A stretch of DNA of 43,513 nt from NCBI RefSeq assembly GCF_004010195.1, contig NC_057717.1, positions 104,450,827 to 104,494,339 on the forward strand, given 5' to 3'. The position numbers and the translations under genes are program-made. Position 1 is the first letter of the stretch, and every line of letters begins with the position of its first letter. The notes under the pieces are model-generated. The model was given only the letters and a program-made list of their open reading frames with translations, was not told the origin of the DNA and searched no databases. This DNA is from Chiloscyllium plagiosum (taxonomy: Eukaryota). Shown one piece after another: positions 1-10,491 of this stretch.

Positions 1-281
1 GCCTCTGCAGCAACATCTTTCCTGCCTCTGACCTCCGACCCGGCTGTACTCCCCTGAACCGGAAGCGCCTTCGCCATGGCAACGCGGCCTAGCGCCGGGC
101 GCGCCGCCTCGGCCTGGAGTGCCGCTGCCTGTCTACCTCCATCACCTTCAGCCTCTGCAGCAACATCTTTCCTGCCTCTGACCTCCGACCCGGCTGTACT
201 CCCCTGAACCGGAAGCGCCTTCGCCATGGCAACGCGGCCTAGCGCCGGGCGCGCCGCCTCGGCCTGGAGTGCCGCTGCCTG
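1..281. repeat. Perfect 150-bp-period tandem duplication in a GC/CpG-rich segment
   Basis: 1-131 is identical to 151-281; the first unit probably starts before the window. Confidence 0.95.
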
Positions 282-393
282 CGGGAACGGCTCTCCGTTT
301 CCCGGCCTGGAGGTGTTAGCACTGAAACCCCCACCCCCGGAGAACGAAACATTTTGACCTTTCATTTTCAAACGGGGTGAACACAAGCTGCTG
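1..393 (-). CDS. Probable coding exon of an unidentified gene, running off the window start
   Basis: Strong minus-strand acceptor (ttgttttttttttctctctttccccCAG, CAG at 396-394). One frame is open from 392 to the window edge (SSLCSPRLKMKGQNVSFSGGGGFSANTSRPGNGEPFPQAAALQAEAARPALGRVAMAKALPVQ...); the other two frames stop early. No homologue recognised. Confidence 0.5.
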
Positions 394-534
394 CTGGGGG
401 AAAGAGAGAAAAAAAAACAAAATAAAACAGCTGGACCTTTATAAAACTCTGCCGAACAAATCCGGGTTAACACTGAAATGAAATATGCTGCAAATCTGAA
501 ATAGGAACAGAACATTTTGGCAATGCTCAGTAGG

Positions 535-1092
535 TGTTAGAAACGAAAATCGCTTCTCAATAATCGCTCTAGACAAATTCAGGAAAACAAAGTTTTATTA
601 ACAAGTCAAGTCTGCAGAGTTGGGCACCCTTGAAGAAAAGGCGCGCTGAGGCTTACAATTATATACTGCACAAGTCCCTCCTCTCCTTGGCTCCAACAAG
701 CCATGAGGTTCACATTCTTAAAAACATCATTATTCTTATCACAAAGTCTGCAACAAAAGGCTCCAGAGTCTCCAAAGTTGTTGTTTTTCTCACCCTGTAG
801 TCTTATCAGTCAAAGGCTTTAATCTGTAACAGATGTCTCTCGAGTCGTTCCCCTATCCTGGAGTCTTATCAGTCAAGGACTCATCCTTCCCGCCTGTGTT
901 AATGGTTCCATCAATCAAGGGCCTGTTTGTTTTTACTCTGCTCACAAATTGTCAGCATTCTGCACAATTTAAACTATTCTGCTTTTGAGTATATAAAATG
1001 TTCTAGAAAAGAAACAAAAGTTTTGTCTTTTATTATAGACCAGTCTGTGGTCCAGGCACATCTTAAAGTTTAAACCGAAATTACCTCTCACA
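535..1092 (-). mobile_element. Solo LTR copy 1 (558 bp)
   Basis: TG...CA termini; 5-bp TSD GTAGG at 530-534 and 1093-1097; minus-strand TATATAA (665-659) and AATAAA (599-594); near-identical reverse complement of 1880-2447. Confidence 0.9.
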
Positions 1093-1555
1093 GTAGGTCT
1101 GGTAACTCGTGTACATTTTATTTGATTTATTATTGTCACATGTACCTCAGGACAGTGCAAAGTTCTGTTTTGCGAGCAAGCACAGGAAGATCACACCAAA
1201 CAAGGACATGGGGGACTAGATTAGATTACTTACAGTGTGGAAACAGGCCCTTCGGCCCAACAAGTGGACAAGATCGAGGGTTACCCTGGGTAATGCACCA
1301 CACCCAGATCAGATGTGTTCCAGTCTGCAGTGGATGGCGACAGAGGGGTTTGAAGGGGCCCCGACATTAATTTTCAAATTCCTTTGGCCGCAGGAGGGTT
1401 GCCAGAGGACAGCAAGTGTGGTCAAGAAGAGAGGTCGGAATAAACCAAGAAGAGCTCCAGACTACTAAGTCTAATGTCTGTGAGGGGGTAACCGTTGGAC
1501 GCAATTCTGAGGGACAGAATTCATATGCACTTGGAGAGGCAAGGGTAATCAGTGA

Positions 1556-1654
1556 GGGAGAAAATGAGGACTGCAGATGTTGGAGGGCTTATGCCCGAAA
1601 GATCAATTCTCCTGCTCCTCAGATACTGCGCTTCTCCAGCACCACACTTTTCGA
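1556..1654. mobile_element. Short, internally deleted Penelope-derived element
   Basis: ggagaaaatgaggactgcagatg...agggcttatgcccgaaa...ccagcaccacac; same family as 4572-5469 and 24981-25173. Confidence 0.7.
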
Positions 1655-1879
1655 TGATAGTCGGTGTGGATTTGTCAGGGGGAGATGGTGTTTAACACAT
1701 GAGGAGATTGGGTGTGTAGATTTGGGTAGTGCAGTTGATTCAGCCTATTTGGACTTCGGTAAGGCTTTTAACAAGTCATTGCATGGGAGACTGATCAAGA
1801 AGCTAAGACCCCACAGGGTCCAGGGTAATCTGGCAAATTGGATACAAAGCTGGCTTAGTGCAGGAGGCAGAGGGTGATG

Positions 1880-2447
1880 TGTGAGAGGTAATTTCGGTTT
1901 AAACTTTAAGATGTGCCTGGACCACAGACTGGTCTATAATAAAAGACAAAACTTTTGTTTCTTTTCTAGAACATTTTATATACTCAAAAGTAGAATAGTT
2001 TAAATTGTGCAGAATGCTGACAATTTGTGAGCAGAGTAAAAACAAACAGGCCCTTGATTGATGAAACCATTAACACAGGCAGGGAAGGATGAGTCCTTGA
2101 CTGATAAGACTCCAGGATAGGGAAACGACTCGAGAGACATCTGTTACAGATTGAAGTCTTTGACTGATAAGACTACAGGGTGAGAAAAACAACAACTTCA
2201 GAGTCTCTGGAGCCATTTGTTGCAGACTTTGTGATAAGAATAATGATGTTTTTAAGAATGTGAACCTCATGGCTTGTTAGAGCCAAGGAGAGGAGGGACT
2301 TGTACTGTATATAATGGGAGACTTTGTAAGCCTCAGCGCGCCTTTTCTTCAAGGGTGCCTGACTCTGCAGACTTGACTTGTTAATAAAACTTTGTTTTCC
2401 TGAATTTGTCTAAAGCGATTATTGAGAAGCGATTTTCGTTTCTAACA
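1880..2447 (+). mobile_element. Solo LTR copy 2 (568 bp) inserted in a CR1 RT
   Basis: TG...CA termini; 5-bp TSD TGATG at 1875-1879 and 2448-2452; TATATAA 2308-2314; AATAAA 2383-2388; TGATAA motifs at 2102, 2165 and 2232. Confidence 0.9.
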
Positions 2448-3016
2448 TGATGCTTCAAGGTTATTTTCGTGACTTCGTCAATGGTTTACTACAGGGTTCA
2501 GGGCTGGGTTCCTTGCTATTTGTTGTATACATTATACCACCTAACTTCATGGGTAGATCATTAATCAGTAAGTTTGCAGATGATGAAGATTTGTGGTGTA
2601 GCAAATAGCAAGGAGGAAAGTCTTAGACTACAACACAATATTAATAGGCTGATCAGATGGTCAGAACGATGGCAAATGAAGCTTAACCCTGGTAAAGGCA
2701 AGATGATGCATTTTGAAAAGACTAACAAGGCAAGGGAGTACATGACAGATTATAAGATCCTGGGAAGTACTGAGGTTCAGAGAGACCTTGGTGTGCATGT
2801 CCACACATCCTTGGAGACAAAAGAGAGATGAATAAGGTGGTTAAGAATGCAAATGGGATACTTGCCTTTATTAGCGGAGATATGGAATAGAAGATCAGTA
2901 GGGTTATGCTGGAATGGTATAAAATGGTATAAGATTAAATAGGAGTCAAATAAGGTTGCGAGAAAAAGTAGCAACCCTGAGGACTGGAAGCAGTTTAGAA
3001 CTTAACAATGGGGAAC

Positions 3017-3523
3017 AATGTTGTGAAATTTGAAAAGTTTCTGAGAAGATTTACAAGGATGTTGCCAGGGTTGGAGGTTTGAGCTATAGGGAGAGGCTGA
3101 ACAGGCTGGAGCTGTTTTCCCTGGCGCATCGGAGGCTGAGGGGTGACCTTTATAGAGGTTTACAAAATCATGAGGGGCATGGATAGGGTAAATAGACAAA
3201 GTCTTTGCCCTGGGGTGGGGAGTCCAGAACTAGAGGGCATAGTTTAGGGTGAGAGGAGAAAGATATAAGAGAGACCTATGGGGCAACCTTTTCATGCAGA
3301 GGGTGGTATGTGTATGGAATGAGCTGCTAGAGGAAGTGGTGGAGGCTAGTATAATTGCAACATTTAAAAAGCATCTGGATGGGTATATGAATAGGAAGGG
3401 TTTGGAGGGATATGGGCCGTGTGCTGGCAGGTGGGACTAGATTGGGTTGGGATATCTGGTTGGCATGGACGAGTTGGACCGAAGGGTCTGTTTCTGTCCT
3501 GTACATCTCTATGACTCTGTGAC
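3017..3523 (+). mobile_element. Young CR1/HER1-type LINE 3' end
   Basis: RMLPGLE...LFS..RRLRGDL, VVCVWNEL.EEVVEA..IATFKKHLD; ends in a ctctatgactct tail; near-identical to 30540-30770, 35325-35545 and 43288-43513. Confidence 0.9.
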
Positions 3524-4571
3524 TAAGTTAAGAGGGAGGTAATCCAGAATGAGAGTTAACTTGCAAGGAATTTACAAGTAGACTGCAAGAGATTCTACAA
3601 GTCTGTGGAAAGAAAGGCGAGTGAAGACAAGTTAAGACCCCTAACAATCTGAAATGGGAGAATTAATAATAGGGAAACAAAGAAATGGCAGATCAATTAA
3701 ACAACTATTTTATTTAAAACAAAAACAGAACTTGCTGGTGAATTCAGAGGGTCTGGCAGTGTCTGTGGGGAGAAATGTTTCATAACTGACAGCAGCAGTT
3801 TATTTGTGTCTTCTTCTGTAAAGTCAGAACTAACTGCCGGAATGCTCGAAAAAGGAGGGTCCTTTGAGAAGGAGGAACTGAAAGAAATTCTTGCTGGAGA
3901 AGTGAAAGTAACTGAAAGCTGGTAAATCCCCAGGCCCTGATAATCTACACTCGAAGGTGCAACACGAGGTGACTATGGAAAAAGTGGGTGTGTTGGTTAT
4001 CTTCCAAAGTTCTGTAGATTCGGCAACACTCCCGGCAGATCAGAGGGTGGAAATCTTAATGAGAAAGAGGAAATGAGAAAACCAGAAATTACAGGTTCGT
4101 ATAACATCAATAGTAGCAAAAATACTGGAGCCTATTATAAAGACTGTGAATACAGGACACTTAGTAAATACCAAAGAGATTACATAAAGTCAACATGGAT
4201 TTATTAAAGGAAAATTGTGTTTGACAAACTGGAGTTTTTTGAGAATGTAATTGGTTGAATAGATGAAGGAGAACCAATGGATGTGGTGTACTTGGTTCAT
4301 CAGAAAGCTTTTGATAAAACACTTAGAGGTTGGTGTGCAAAATCAAAACACATACGTTTGAGAATTGGTCTGCAGACAGGGAATAAATGGTTCCTTTTCA
4401 GAGTGCAAGGTTATACCAAGTGGGATACCACAGGAATCAATGCTTGGAGCCCAGCTATTCACAATATATGTCAATAATTTGGATGAGAGAATCATAATAT
4501 TTCCGAGTTTTCCAACAACACAACTAGGGGAGCTGGTAAGGAGGAAATAAGAAGGCTTACAGATAATTAAG

Positions 4572-5469
4572 GAGGAGAAAGTGAGGACTGCAGATGCTGG
4601 AGATCAGAGCAGAAAATGTGTTGCTGGAAAAGCGCAGCAGGTCAGGCAGCATCCAAGGAACAGGAGAATGTTTCGGGCATAAGCCCTTCTTCAGGAATGA
4701 GGAAAGTGTGTCCAGCAGGCCCCTCCCCCAAGTCCCTCCTCCCTACCTTTTATCAACCCAGATGGCCTCCTTCTTCAAAGACCACAATTTCCCCCCCGAC
4801 GTGGTCGACGATGCCCTACACCACATCTCCTCCACTTCCCGCTCCTCCGCCCTTGAGCCCCGCCCCTCCAACCGCCACCAGGACAGAACCCCACTGGTCC
4901 TCACCTACCACTCCACAAACCTCCATATATAGCGTATCATCCGCCGTCATTTCCACCACCTCCAAATGGACCCCACCACCAGGGATATATTTCCCTCCCT
5001 CCCCTATCAGCGTTCCGAAAAGACCACTCCCTCCGTGACTCCCTCGTCAGGTCCGCACCCCCCGTCAACCCAACCTCCACTCATGGCACCTTCCCCTGCA
5101 ACTGCAAGAAATACAAAACTTGCGCCCATACCTCCCCCCTTACTTCCCTCCAAGGCCTCAAGGGATCCTTCCGTATCCGCCACAAATTCACCTGCACCTC
5201 CACACACATCATTTATTGCATCTGCTGCACCCGATGTGGCCTCCTCTATATTGGGGAGACAGGCCACCTACTTGCGGAACGTTTTAGAGAACACCTCTGG
5301 GACACCCGAACCAACCAACCCAACCACCCCGTGCCTCAACACTTCAACTCCCCCTCCACCAAGGACATGTAGGTCCTTGGACTCCTCCATCACCAGACCA
5401 TAGCAACACGATGGTTGGAGGAAGAGCCTGAAGAAGGGCTTATGCCCGAAATGTCGATTCTCCTGTCTG
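4572..5469 (+). mobile_element. 5'-truncated Penelope-like element (Neptune type) with inverted 5' pLTR and GIY-YIG endonuclease remnant
   Basis: 15-bp TSD ttacagataattaag (4557-4571, 5470-5484). A frame near 5086-5350 reads GTFPCNCKKYKTC...FTCTSTHIIYCICCTRCGLLYIGETG..LAERFREH...PVPQHFNS (GIY-YIG with CCHH); upstream PLVLTYH linker; hammerhead-like cores at both ends in opposite orientation. Confidence 0.9.
5428..5455 (+). ncRNA. Minimal type I hammerhead ribozyme motif (PLE-associated)
   Basis: CTGAAGA-A-GGGC-TTAT-GCCC-GAAA-TGTC; matches CUGANGA/stem II/GAAA/NUH, with a likely CpG-decayed ACGU palindrome. Confidence 0.65.
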
Positions 5470-7433
5470 TTACAGATAATTAAGACAAGTTGCATGAGTG
5501 GACACATAATATAGGGCAGCGAAATAAAATGTCGAGAAATGTGAAGTTGTCCACTTCAGTAAGGAAAACTCTTCTCTAAGGGTTCAGAGACTTTGGAATT
5601 TTAAGGAATAGAACCAGTCTTTTAAGGCTGAGGCAGATAGATACTTGATAAGCAAGGGGGTGAACGGGTAGAGAAGAACACCGAGAAATTGGATCAGCCG
5701 TGAAATTATTGAATGGCAGAGCTGAGTGGCCTACTTCTAATTCATATGTAAACCACATCAAGTTCCCCTGAGATTATGGAAGATGCTTTATAAATACAAG
5801 TTCTTTCTTGTCAAAATGATGAATGGGGGGAGGAAACCTTTTGCCCTTGGCATTTCCTGGGTTATATCCAGCAAGATTTATCTCTCTCTGTTCTGCTTTA
5901 ATTGACAGAATGCTCTGTTTTTGTCACAGAGCAACAACATGTGCCTGTGATAGGCCATGTTCAGTTGTAAGTTACTGACAGAGGGGCATAGCAAAGCCAG
6001 GATGAACGTCCCTCAAGATAGATTTTTGCCATCTTTTTGACAGATTACATAGTGGTTTCCTGTGCTGGGCAAGGGATTTACACATTTCCAACCAAGACAC
6101 TGACAACAGGTAGATGACCACTGACGCAAGATAAAAATAAACCAAGACAGCTTTAAAATTTTATTTTAGGGCAGTGATTTAAAGCAGGGTATTATGTAAT
6201 CTCCAGATGATGCTAATATTAGACTTCTAAACATACAAAACAGGAAACGTGACCATAAACACACCAGTACCAATGCAATAACGGAACAGAAATACTTGGT
6301 TTTTGTAACAGAAACTGCTCTGGAAGGAAAATTTGAAGGGGGTTGCATTGGGGACTATGAGTTATTTACTTAAACTGGTTGAAGCATGGCTCATTACACT
6401 TAAACTATTTAATAAATTATTACTAAAGACACTGAAAATTGTATAAATGAAACCAGGTATTTGGTTGTGAGACAATCACCAGATTACCACTCACTCAGTA
6501 CTATGCTTATGTAGTAACTGAGCCTCCATCCCTGCTAGTGAACTGGCAATTCTTCTGGTAGCATCTGTTGTTAACTACAGTGCAACAACTACAAGGATAC
6601 ATGGCCGAGAGGTTTCTTCAAATTGAGTACTAAGAAGCCAACAGTTCCAACAAACAAAGGATCGAAAAACTTGTTCAAAATACTCCCAGAAAACGCACAT
6701 GAGCCTGCCAGTTTTAGAATTGTGGAGAAAAATAACACCTGATGCACAGGCCTGGTACTCAGCTGGCAGGATTAATACAAGAGACACTCTCCACTGCTGG
6801 TTCATCAGATTCATGGGGTGACTTTCCTGTGGAATTTCAGGAACCCTGTTAAAAAAAACAATGACCCTGTGGAAATTTCTACCCGCCCATTGCTGGGTGC
6901 ATGTTAAGTGGGTGTGCTTGATTGTGTTGGTACCAAAGCCCATTTTTACAGGATCATTGAGGATAGCAGGATGCCATTTAGCCCACCACGCCCCAGCTGC
7001 TTTATGCAAGTTTTATGGACTTGGCCCCACTCCCCTGCACTTTCTCTCTAGCTGTCCAACGTTGAAAAAAACTTCTCCAAATCTGTTTGAAAGGTACTAT
7101 TGAGTCTATTTCCCCAATGCTTCCAGATCAGAACTCACTGCATTAAAAAACAAATCATCTTATCTACAGTTCTTGTTGCCAAATATCTTAAACCTTTGGC
7201 CTTTAGTTACTGAGTCTCCGAACAATGGAGACTTTTTTTAAAAAAACTGTGTCTCCACCATGTTTGTCACTTAACAAATAAAGAGTATGGGATGAGTGAT
7301 AGTAAGCACATAAGCACTCAGTCACCAATGTGCATTACAAATCCTGCAAAAGTCTTTCAACTTGCCCATGTCACCAGAACAAATCCTCTTTACAGCCTCC
7401 TGTTTATCTTCAGTTAGATAACTGGAAACATTG

Positions 7434-7643
7434 TCTAAATGGGTGGGGCTGGAAAAGCACAGCAGGTCAGGCAGCATCCAAGGAGCAGGAGCGCCAACGT
7501 TTTGGGCATAAGCCCTTCAGCAGGTTCCTGAAGGGCTTAAGCCCGAAACATCGACTCCTTGGATGCTGGCTGACCTGCTGTGCTTTTCCAGCACCACCCT
7601 TTTTGACTCTCATTCTCTAGCATCTGCAGTCCTCACTTGGTCC
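7434..7643. mobile_element. Non-autonomous Penelope-derived hairpin element
   Basis: Inverted arms gctggaaaagcacagcaggtcag / ctgacctgctgtgcttttccagc; 15-bp TSD taactggaaacattg (7419-7433, 7644-7658); two degenerate hammerhead cores in the centre. Confidence 0.85.
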
Positions 7644-7769
7644 TAACTGGAAACATTGCACTGAATTTACAACAGAAACAATGTAAAGGGGAACATTTTA
7701 TATTGATTGGTTAGCAAGTGGGCAATAAGTGAATTGGTTGGTGATCTTGGTAGTTAACTGTCAATTATT

Positions 7770-8027
7770 CTAGATTAGAGTGGTGCTGGAAAAGCACAGC
7801 AGTTCAGGCAGCATCCGAGGAGCAGGAAAATCAAATCAGGAATAGATGAAGGGCTTTTGATGAAGGGCTATTTCTGATGAAGTCTATTTCAGTCTATTCC
7901 TGATGAAGGGCTTTTGCCCGAAATGTCGATTTTCCTGCTCCTCGGATGCTGCCTGAACTGCTGTGCTTTTCCAGCACCACTCTAATCTAGAATCTGGTTT
8001 CCAGCATCTGCAGTCCTTGTTTTTACC
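7770..8027. mobile_element. Non-autonomous Penelope-derived hairpin element with perfect 65-bp arms
   Basis: 7768-7832 is the exact reverse complement of 7928-7992; 15-bp TSD taactgtcaattatt (7755-7769, 8028-8042). Confidence 0.9.
7900..7927 (+). ncRNA. Minimal type I hammerhead ribozyme motif (PLE-associated)
   Basis: CTGATGA-A-GGGC-TTTT-GCCC-GAAA-TGTC; canonical CUGAUGA and GAAA boxes, 4-bp stem II, GUC cleavage triplet. Confidence 0.7.
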
Positions 8028-9036
8028 TAACTGTCAATTATTATCTAATTGGTGAATTTTTTTATGGTAAGGCCTTATTCAGAGTCCACTTGCTAACCAG
8101 TTAGAACGGTCTTGTATAATATAAAATGTAGTTCTGCTTTGGTATTCTTGCGCATGTCCTGAGGAGTGTTAACAATGACAAGCTTTAATAAAATGTCACT
8201 TTCTTCCAGCAATGGGTGGGATTCATTTTAGTCTCCCAAAGACTACCCAAACAAATCACTAGTAGTTGCAAAGATGCCAATACTAGCTAATTATAGAAAG
8301 TTTATGACACATATATATTTTTAAATAACAATTAGCAGGTTTTACAAGTGCATTTTACTTGGAAATATCCATTAGTCTAAAAAAAAAATCATTTTCAGTG
8401 CCTGAGGTTTTGTAACGTATCAACGTTGCACAGAATCGACATTTTGCAAATCTGACTTGGCCTTGAAAAGTCACTCTGTATACATAACAGACCTGAAACC
8501 AACCACTGATTTTATTTTTAAAACTTAAGAATAATCCCTGTCCAGCGATTTAAAAAAAATTAATACAATAATATCATTGTCTTTTCTATGTTTCCGACAT
8601 TTGCTTTGTAACTCCCAGTTATCTTTTCTGTATCATCTGCAACCTGGATCACCAATATTATTGGAAACCAGATACTAGGAAACACACCAGCATTGCGACA
8701 GGAGTCAGAGGTCCCTTACCCATGGGTTCTACTCTTGAGTAATAGCACAACCCAAAGCTAGGAGAGTTATTTTTTAATTCCCTTTATTCTTTCACAGGAT
8801 ATACATAAAATTCTCTGTACAGTCTATGACTTCCTGAACGTTAGTCATGGAGCTGATCGTTCACTAGAAAATGACCCAAAACCTTAAAGCCTTTTGATTG
8901 CATTTTCTTTTAACGAAGTCTGTATTTAGTAGGTAATCACTTTTTTCCACCAGTTTACCACAGTTTAACTGGTAAAGAAAACAGAATTGAATGGTGCCTG
9001 ACATTGCAACATTGGGATTTTCTTCATTACAAAGTG

Positions 9037-9330
9037 GGTGGCATGGTGGCACAGTGGTTAGCACTGCTGCTTCACAGTGCCAGAGACCCAGGTTCAATTC
9101 CCACCTTGGGCGACTGTGTGTGTGGAGTTTGCACATTCTCACCGTGTCTGCGTGGGTTTCCTCCAGATGCTCCTGTTTCCTCCCACAGTCCAAAAGATGT
9201 GAATTGGCTATGCTAAATTGCCCGTAGTGTTAGGTGTAGGGGAATGGGTCTGCGTGGGTTGCTCTTAGGAGGGTCGGTGTGGACTTGTTGGACCGAAGGG
9301 CCTGTTTCCGCACTGTAAGTAATCTAATCT
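9037..9330 (+). mobile_element. HE1-type V-SINE
   Basis: tRNA-like head (tggcacagtgg A box, ggttcaattccc B box), V domain tggagtttgcacattctc...gcgtgggtttcctcc, CR1-like 3' end and (aatct) tail; possible TSD aaagtg. Confidence 0.9.
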
Positions 9331-10485
9331 AAAGTGAATTACTCAGTTTGATCATGTCATTAGCATTACAAAGGCCTTGTACGTTATTAACTACTTATTT
9401 TTCGGTGAATGATTTTGATTTTTCTTCTTCAAAATGGATAATTTGGAGATCTGAAATAAAACACAGTACTGGAAAAATGATAGGTCTCGCAGTATCCATG
9501 GAAAGAGAAACAGAGTTAACATTTCCGGACGAATATGATTCCTCCAAGAGTCTCAGAACTGGTTCTTTTGGCACAGCTGTTGCTGATCTGTGAAGTTTCT
9601 TCAGCACGTAACAGTAATTAGTTTCGGTGAGCTTTTACCCAGTGCCTCTCTCCTGCCCATATGGAACTTTGTGCTAAAAAAAATCTCCTAATCTTACAAA
9701 CCTTGTTAGATTAATGCATTCATTCTTTTGAATTGTTATTTTAACTGTGCCTCCTTATACTCAGTGTCAGTTACTGAGAGTTGATTAAAGCCAACACCAC
9801 AGCCTGTTCTCGAAGCTCAGCTAATGAAAGGAGATATACCAAAGTGGGTCTGCTTGGTGATCCTTTTCAAGTGCTCCTCCGAGGTCAGAGGGCCAACTCA
9901 CTCAGTTTGTAACAGGTGTACTCTGTTCCTACCTCCTACCTTGTACTTGGCACTCACTTATTCATGTACTGGTTGACTATTTCATCGAGCATCCAAAAAG
10001 CCTCTACTGGGGATCTATGGATCAGATCCCAGTATGAGAAATGCTACTGTACAAATAGACCAAGAGGTGACTTAATTGAAGTTTTTAATATCAAGAGATT
10101 TATTAGGTTTGACGTAGAGATGTTTTCCACTTGCAAGTGAAACCAGAAGTGGACCATAAAATGTAAGTCACAACTTCTTACACAAGGCAGGGACAATGTG
10201 GGACCCATTAACACATGGAATAGTTGAGGTGAATAAGACAAAGCTCTAGAAGCACAATGGCAAAAGGAATAAAGGGATCTGTTGATGACTGAGATGAAGA
10301 GGGGTGGAAGAAGGCTCATCTAGACCAAAAACATCAAACAGATCAGAATGTAATGGCCAGGCTACTGAGGCGTTGAAACATCAACCATTAGCACATGGTA
10401 TGTTTAACTGAACGACCACTTAGACCAGTCTTGATCATTGTTGTATCGCAAAAAAAAACACCACTCACACTAAACTTGTTTATAT

Positions 10486-10491
10486 TTTATT
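10486..10491 (-). terminator. DCAF15: Probable DCAF15 polyadenylation signal
   Basis: Minus-strand AATAAA about 715 nt after the stop, followed by a GU/U-rich element (gtgtgagtggtgttttttttt). Confidence 0.65.

Larger units (their letters stand above)
1265..2935 (+). mobile_element. Decayed CR1-type LINE RT fragment, interrupted by a PLE-derived insert and a solo LTR
   Basis: VDSAYLDFGKAFNK...LANWIQSWL before the LTR; SKFADD, W.E.WQM, HFEKTN and QRDLGV motifs after it; stops and frameshifts. Confidence 0.85.
2945..5750 (+). mobile_element. Older CR1-type LINE remnant hosting a young CR1 3' end and a Penelope element
   Basis: MDVVYLVHQKAFD and SGIPQESMLGAQLFTIYVNNLDE RT motifs; the LINE sequence resumes after the Penelope TSD at 5485. 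Confidence 0.75.

Noticed and set aside
59..233. Promoter motifs CCGGAAG (ETS) and TTCGCCATGGCAAC (RFX X-box-like), each duplicated
   Set aside because: Short motifs inside an open frame behind a strong acceptor; kept only as an alternative reading, not called as a feature.
535..2447. Single DNA transposon with long TIRs, or one provirus
   Set aside because: Each repeat has its own TG...CA ends and distinct TSD, they are inverted, and the spacer is unrelated LINE/SINE debris that continues past copy 2.
4594..5403. Pro-rich ORFs as host genes
   Set aside because: Alternative frames of the C-rich Penelope ORF, whose true frame is broken by a stop and a frameshift.
5930..5966. Possible plus-strand 37-nt exon (ttgtcacag...gtaagt)
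   Set aside because: No partner exons or recognisable peptide; such site pairs occur by chance.
9037..9110. tRNA gene
   Set aside because: A/B boxes belong to a SINE head continuing into the V domain and LINE-like tail; same for 27470-27546, 16150-16200 and 22370-22440.
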